Shown: in pieces, positions 58,998 through 64,000 of the stretch
How positions within the stretch are numbered: position 1 is the stretch's first letter
Layout of the letters: each line of letters opens with the position of its first letter
Assembly: GCA_036654095.1 (NCBI GenBank)
Contig: JAVVSR010000002.1
Span: 1,375 to 65,374 of the forward strand
Length of the DNA: 64,000 nt
Direction: 5' to 3'
Source of the DNA: Clostridia bacterium
Lineage (GTDB): Bacteria; Bacillota; Clostridia; Christensenellales; CAG-917
Notes under the pieces: model-generated
Told to the model about the DNA's origin: nothing
Database searches by the model: none
Seen by the model: only the letters and a program-made list of their open reading frames with translations
Made by a program: the position numbers and the translations under genes

Positions 58998-59463
58998 ATG
59001 AGTTTCCCTCTGTTGCTTATTTTCTCAAGCGCAATTATACTATTACAATTTACTTGTAACAACATAATTTAAAAAAACTGTTTATATATTTAATTATCAT
59101 TCCATTTAAAAAACAGTTACAAAAAAACATCTTAACAACTTTTAAATATTTAAACATCAATATGTGGATATAATGTATAAATAAATTATATCACTTAATC
59201 TATTACAAAGTCAAGTTAGGATAGTTTTATTACTTAATCATCAAAAATATAAATTTTTGTTTTCCTATAAATAATTAACACAATATCTAGTCGCAATTAT
59301 TGCTTAGCGCAAGTTAAAACAAATATAAAACTATATTGCCAAAATTAGACATAATATTTCAAAACATTTAAACTAAAAATAAGTTTAATAAAAATCAATC
59401 ATTTTGGCAAAATAAATGCGCTATATCAAAAATTGATACAGCGCAAAGTAATTCAATAAAAAT

Positions 59464-59997
59464 TTAATTAAAGGTAATGTTCCCCGATTTAATGAGCCAG
59501 TATATTACAACATAAATAATAGTTAATATAACCGATAAAACTATCGCTATCACATTACGCACTTGCACGTCGCTTTCTTTTACCCACAACTTATCTTTGC
59601 GTACAAAAATACTTGACAGTATCGCCGAAATAAAAGTTATGCAAGTCCCAATAGGAAGCGTGTGAAATATTTGCACACATAACGCTATCGCCTTGTCGCT
59701 TTGCCCAAATAACGACATAAATGATGGCACCGCAAGTAAAATAAAAAACGAACACAACAATATTAAAACCAACGCAATCGTATATAAAAAAATCCCAATT
59801 ATAGACACTGCCGCTAAGCACGAATATATTGTCCCAACCGTGCGGAAAAAACCAAAAAATTTGCTTATTTTGCCATAAGTATTGGGTTTGAATTGCATTG
59901 GCGGCGCGTCGTCAATAGCGTCAACATCATCGATAAACTCGTCATCGCTGTTAGAAAGCTCATCATCGCTATCATTATAAAAGTCATTGGCTAACAT
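59464..59997 (-). CDS. hypothetical membrane protein with an acidic N-terminus
   Basis: RBS AGGAGAA. N-terminus MLANDFYNDSDDELSNSDDEFIDDVDAIDD, then 4 TM segments. Confidence 0.55.
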   Translation of the reverse strand: MLANDFYNDSDDELSNSDDEFIDDVDAIDDAPPMQFKPNTYGKISKFFGFFRTVGTIYSCLAAVSIIGIFLYTIALVLILLCSFFILLAVPSFMSLFGQSDKAIALCVQIFHTLPIGTCITFISAILSSIFVRKDKLWVKESDVQVRNVIAIVLSVILTIIYVVIYWLIKSGNITFN

Positions 59998-60412
59998 AAG
60001 TTTTCTCCTAATTTATTATATTTAATTATATCATATCCACATTAAAATGTAAATACCCAAGTGTTATCCACTTTAAATAACTTTGTAATTATATTGTTAG
60101 CATATAATTGAAAATTAGTCAGTTTTTATGTTTTATTACCTGCGCTTGACAACACCTACACTCTTGCAATGTGCTTATTAAAATAAACTTAAATATTTTT
60201 AAGTTGACAAAAAACAAAAAAGTTGCCTAAGTTTTAAACACTGCGCTATTTCTTCGCCGTAATTTTAAATATTTACTTGCATTTTATGCCAACATATAAA
60301 ATAAAAGTTTATATGCTTTAAAATCCTTGTAAACTAATTTTTATTCGCATACTTTCTTATCTGAGTTAGCTGTCTTATTTAAACGAAAACAACTCTATCG
60401 TTTTCAACAAAT

Positions 60413-60448
60413 TAAAAAAGCCCTACTATCTCAATTAATAGCAGGGCT
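60413..60448 (-). terminator. rho-independent terminator of the 63194-60510 pair
   Basis: On the minus strand: AGCCCUGCUAU-8nt-AUAGUAGGGCU (11 bp, one G-U pair) followed by U6. Confidence 0.75.
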
Positions 60449-60509
60449 TTTTGTAATTGTTTTAGAAAATCAACATAAAATTAAATTATTAAATTTATTC
60501 AACAACTTT

Positions 60510-62879
60510 TTAGCATTTCGTTTTTCCATTAATTTGACAATTTACCGTATTCAGTTTTTGCGCCAAAATCGATTCTAAAAGTGAAATTGCGTTGGTCATG
60601 TCACTTACACTTTTGTTTAAGCAAAGCAACTGCTCTGTCGTCGTGTTGGGCATCGCCACAATTTTTTGGATTTTTGCGCCTTCCGCGTTTGCAATCGCCC
60701 CTAAAGAGGCTTCTTGTAATGCAATAGATTCAATTAAATCATTTATTTGTTGACGATAATTATTTGTAAAGATAAGTGTTGAAACGCTATTGCTTACGCT
60801 GTTTCCTGCTACTCCATTGGGATTATTAGGATTTACAGTAAATGCAAAATCCGCTTTTGCTACATTTACAATAGGGTTAGGATTAGGCATTGTCACAACT
60901 TTAATTTGATAAGTGATAGTTACCGTTTCGCCAGGCAAAATAGCGTTTGTCAACGTGATTGCAGGTAGCGCGCCCGTGAAACCTACATTGCTAGCTAAAG
61001 AACCAGGTACTAAAACTGTTCCGTTTGGAATCGGGTCGTTTATGACCACTTTATCCGCTGGAACGTTGCCTGTATTTGTAATCGCAATATTATACGTTAT
61101 AACATCGCCAATATACCCTATGCTTTCGCTAGCCGACTTAACGATAGACAGCTTTGCCGTTGAAACAGGGGTTTGAACAATATTGCTTGTTCCATTGGCT
61201 TTTTCACCATTAGGAATTGCGGGGTCAACCGTATAAGCGTAATCCACATTCGCAATATTCGGAATTGGATTAATCGGAGGAGCTGAATTGCCTAGTTTGA
61301 CCTTGAACGTAATGGTAACAGTCGCGCCTGCAGCGATAGGATTTGTGAGTATAATAGCCGAAGTTGGGTCGCCTGTAAACGGCGCAGTTGCGGTTGTTGA
61401 ACCGACAACATACGTTGTTCCGCCTGGAATGACATCTGTTACGACAATGTTATTTGCCGCAACATTGCCCGTGTTTTTCAATGTCACGGTATAAGTTAAA
61501 GTGTCGCCAAACTGAGCAAACGGAGGCGTTACGGATTTAGTAACATTACCCGCGGTAGTTAAATCTGCATAGTTTATTTGAGTGGAAACAGGATTAGTAC
61601 TGCCCGACGTCCCCCCTGGGACAACTGCCGAAGCGATGTTTACAATAGGGTTATTAACAGGAGCCGTACTAGAAACCTGAACTTGATAGCTTGCAGTTAC
61701 AGTGCTGTTTGCAGGCATAGTTAAAGTTAAGCCTGTCGCTGGAGTAGTGCCCGTATACGGAACGCTTACTGCAAGGTTCCCGATATAAGTTGTCCCCGCA
61801 GGTGTTGGGTCGTTAAACACCACGTTAGCAAGCGGATAGTTATTTGGATTTGTGCCACTAACGGTGTAAGTCAAAACGTCGCCGGGTTTTGCAAAGTTTT
61901 TATCGACGCTTTTTTTAAAGATTGGTGGCGCCGAGTTTAATATTGTATAGTTTACTATATCGCCAAGCGCAGGAGTAAAGCTGATTGGCAAGCTTCCGAT
62001 TGGCGGAACGCTTCCGCCCGGAGTTAGATTGACTGCCGAGATTGTTTGAGTATATTCCGTTATCGGGCTAACACTACCCGGAGCCATAGTTTCTTTAATG
62101 GTGTAAGTGTTTCCAGCTAATCCATAAACAACCGCGCAGGGCGACTGTATTCCGTCAGCCGAACCGGTAGTTGTTATTTGATTATTAGGAGTACCCGCGA
62201 TATCAATGACAAATTGGTCGGCTGAATTAATTCGGTCACCAATATTTTTGCATACTTGAACTTTAGTCACCGCAAAACCAACCACTACGCCCTCTAAGCC
62301 GCCGGCAGTAATCAGTGTTAACGTTAACTTTTTGGGGGATAAAGTGCTTAAAACGTAATCACCTGCAAAAGCCTGCGAGTTTCCCGTAATTGTTGCCGTT
62401 TGTGTTCCAAGGCCAGTTAGTGTCGGAGGAGTATTCCCAAGTAATGCAAATTGATTCCAAACACCACCGTCTGTCTTCCACTCCCAAGACTCTCCAATGT
62501 TTGTTTCTTCCGCGTCGGAAACTAAGGTTGTATAGTTGACAATAAGATTACCTTGCGGGTCTTTTACCACGATGTTTTTTATATCGATGATGGCTGGACT
62601 TAACGAACCAATTCTGCGATTTTGTAAAATAACATTTCCTATTGTCCCAGTATAGGCAGTATACCCGAAATTGCCAGTTATCGGCGCCGCCACAGCGTCA
62701 AATATCATTGAAGATGTCAACGGCGCGGAAATGTCGAAAGTGACTGTGCTACCATCATTAAGTGTTCCGGTAAGCCCCGTTAAGGTATCTCCCGGATTAA
62801 GTGTAAAATTTCCAAAATTAAACCACCCGATTCCGCCTGCGCTTGGCCCAGAACCGGCATTTGCATAAGAAAATGACAT
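60510..62879 (-). CDS. 789-aa protein without a signal peptide: unclassified N-terminal beta-rich region, three DUF11-type repeats, and a C-terminal copy of the helical module
   Basis: RBS AAGGAGAA, with no signal peptide (MSFSYANAGSGPSAGG...). DUF11-like repeats (GD.LTYT(V)...N.G...A.NVV..D.IP.GT.YV.GS). The C-terminus reads INDLIESIALQEASLGAIANAEGAKIQK...LNKSVSDMTNAISLLESILAQKLNTVNC. Confidence 0.75.
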   Translation of the reverse strand: MSFSYANAGSGPSAGGIGWFNFGNFTLNPGDTLTGLTGTLNDGSTVTFDISAPLTSSMIFDAVAAPITGNFGYTAYTGTIGNVILQNRRIGSLSPAIIDIKNIVVKDPQGNLIVNYTTLVSDAEETNIGESWEWKTDGGVWNQFALLGNTPPTLTGLGTQTATITGNSQAFAGDYVLSTLSPKKLTLTLITAGGLEGVVVGFAVTKVQVCKNIGDRINSADQFVIDIAGTPNNQITTTGSADGIQSPCAVVYGLAGNTYTIKETMAPGSVSPITEYTQTISAVNLTPGGSVPPIGSLPISFTPALGDIVNYTILNSAPPIFKKSVDKNFAKPGDVLTYTVSGTNPNNYPLANVVFNDPTPAGTTYIGNLAVSVPYTGTTPATGLTLTMPANSTVTASYQVQVSSTAPVNNPIVNIASAVVPGGTSGSTNPVSTQINYADLTTAGNVTKSVTPPFAQFGDTLTYTVTLKNTGNVAANNIVVTDVIPGGTTYVVGSTTATAPFTGDPTSAIILTNPIAAGATVTITFKVKLGNSAPPINPIPNIANVDYAYTVDPAIPNGEKANGTSNIVQTPVSTAKLSIVKSASESIGYIGDVITYNIAITNTGNVPADKVVINDPIPNGTVLVPGSLASNVGFTGALPAITLTNAILPGETVTITYQIKVVTMPNPNPIVNVAKADFAFTVNPNNPNGVAGNSVSNSVSTLIFTNNYRQQINDLIESIALQEASLGAIANAEGAKIQKIVAMPNTTTEQLLCLNKSVSDMTNAISLLESILAQKLNTVNCQINGKTKC

Positions 62880-62921
62880 AATTATTTTTTCTCCTTTATT
62901 GTTTTTTCGTTGTCCGCAAAA

Positions 62922-63194
62922 CTATTGACATATTGTTTCTTTAAACATATCAAGTTTTGCTTGTAGTTGCATTTCAAGCCTCGAAATTGCCGAGATTGTG
63001 TTTTTTACCGATTCATTGATTTTAAGCATATCCTCTGCCGTGGCGCTACTGTTATTGACAACAACCGCTATTTTTTCACTCTCCGCATTCAAAATATGCG
63101 CAAAAGCGGCTTCCTCTGTTGCGATTGACGAAATAATGTCGCCAACTGCCTCGCCACGTGTGATTGTACCGGGCTTTATTACTGGCATTCCCAT
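62922..63194 (-). CDS. small stand-alone copy of the helical module (90 aa)
   Basis: ATG at 63194 behind AAAGGAGAAA. Sequence: MGMPVIKPGTITRGEAVGDIISSIATEEAAFAHILNAESEKIAV...INESVKNTISAISRLEMQLQAKLDMFKETICQ. Confidence 0.75.
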   Translation of the reverse strand: MGMPVIKPGTITRGEAVGDIISSIATEEAAFAHILNAESEKIAVVVNNSSATAEDMLKINESVKNTISAISRLEMQLQAKLDMFKETICQ

Positions 63195-63696
63195 ATTGAT
63201 TTTTCTCCTTTTAGGTTTTTCACAATTATGAAAAAAACGCAAAAAAATAGCTTTTTTAAAAAAAAGCTATCTCCTTATCTCTAAAATAAATTAGACAGCT
63301 TTATTTTCATAACTATGTATTACTTAAAGCCGTCTTATATATTATATGCTATCTCAACTATTCGTGATAAAATTTTATATTGACCTCTATTTATATTTTT
63401 TAACATTAAATAGCGCTAGATGTAAAGATAAAAAATAACACTTAACATTTTTCGAGCGTACCTTCTCGTCAGTTTCGAGGTCAAATTTCTCGGTATCTAT
63501 TTCGTATTGCATTTTCTCAGATATATGGTTTTTAAAATGCTCATATTATTTTGCCGATAATTCATTTTGCCGTTTGTAAAACATCACTATCCCTTCCATT
63601 TTTTCAATAATTTGTGTCCGCATTTAGAACAAACTGCATTGTTAATAAATCTGTCAAGAAATTTATAACAAAATTAAAAAATTCTATATTAACTGC

Positions 63697-63738
63697 AAAA
63701 CTGCAACTTGTCAACTTGAAGTTGCAACTTGCAGTTTT
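63697..63738. terminator. long near-perfect palindrome, probable bidirectional terminator
   Basis: AAAACTGCAACTTG...CAACTTGCAGTTTT (13/14 bp) encloses the inner palindrome CAACTTgAAGTTG. It lies ~110 nt downstream of the stop at 63849. Confidence 0.45.
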
Positions 63739-63848
63739 ATACAAATTTATTGGTATTTATCTTTATATTTGACTTTAGCTAGCTTTTGCGGAAGTAGCAA
63801 CTTTCAAAATTCTTTCTCGTTGCGTATATGCCATTGCTATTAACTATC

Positions 63849-64000
63849 CTATTTTGTTAATTCCTTTAAAAGTTTTTGCAAGTCTTTAATACTATAATCT
63901 TTTAGAGAAGCTATCGTATATGATGAATCGGCGGCAATAATGGATTCAATAAGTTTCAACTTTGCAGGCGAAATGCCTTGTTGGGTTGCCTTTTCATTAT
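63849..64000 (-). CDS. 3' end of a hypothetical gene entering from the right edge
   Basis: Own translation of the minus strand: ...NEKATQQGISPAKLKLIESIIAADSSYTIASLKDYSIKDLQKLLKELTK*, open from the window edge to a TAG at 63851-63849. Function unknown. Confidence 0.4.
   Translation of the reverse strand, partial: NEKATQQGISPAKLKLIESIIAADSSYTIASLKDYSIKDLQKLLKELTK

Noticed and set aside
63387-63640. Several tiny minus-strand ORFs (17, 15 and 41 aa, e.g. MQYEIDTEKFDLETDEKVRSKN...) between the partial right-edge gene and the module operon
   Set aside because: They have no convincing RBS and no recognisable family, and the frames are broken by stops. They may be a decayed gene remnant, but this is not supportable as a feature.

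Overview
Visibly AT-rich chromosomal segment from an endospore-forming Firmicute, probably Clostridia-like. Supporting evidence: the germination protease gpr, the Bacillus-like comEC-holA and rpsT/gpr neighbourhoods, a T-box leader, Shine-Dalgarno-led genes, and many rho-independent terminators. About 50 protein genes, mostly on the minus strand, plus one tRNA-Leu(CAA). Housekeeping genes: GTP-PEPCK, aspartate kinase, cdaA, holA, comEC, ppa, an EF-G paralog, murI, gpr, rpsT, rlmA-like and rsmH-like. Accessory genes: a 1461-aa double metallophosphoesterase surface protein, a TetR/MMPL pair, a B-repeat surface protein, a glpA-like/DUF1667 oxidoreductase trio, a marR-MATE-small alarmone synthetase operon, and a DUF134-Mrp-C_GCAxxG_C_C-NifX-like cluster. 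No CRISPR, transposase, integrase or recognisable defence system was seen. The best novelty candidate is a family of four proteins without signal peptides, in two loci (53075-54723 and 60510-63194). They share a ~75-aa predicted helical module with terminal cysteines. Twice the module stands alone as a ~90-aa protein, and twice it is fused to Ig-like repeat arrays (Cys-rich beta-sandwich repeats; DUF11 repeats). I interpret this as a possible spore-surface or appendage assembly system. Other notable points: a canonical T-box riboswitch in front of a medium-chain acyl-CoA-synthetase-like gene; a perfect (TTTAGGG)8 tract with G-quadruplex potential; an unusual density of intergenic tandem arrays (6, 14, 20, 22, 43, 43 and 178 bp units); and ribosomal protein S20 with a repeat-encoded Ala/Pro/Val-rich tail. 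All functional calls come from motif recognition by eye. No database search was run.
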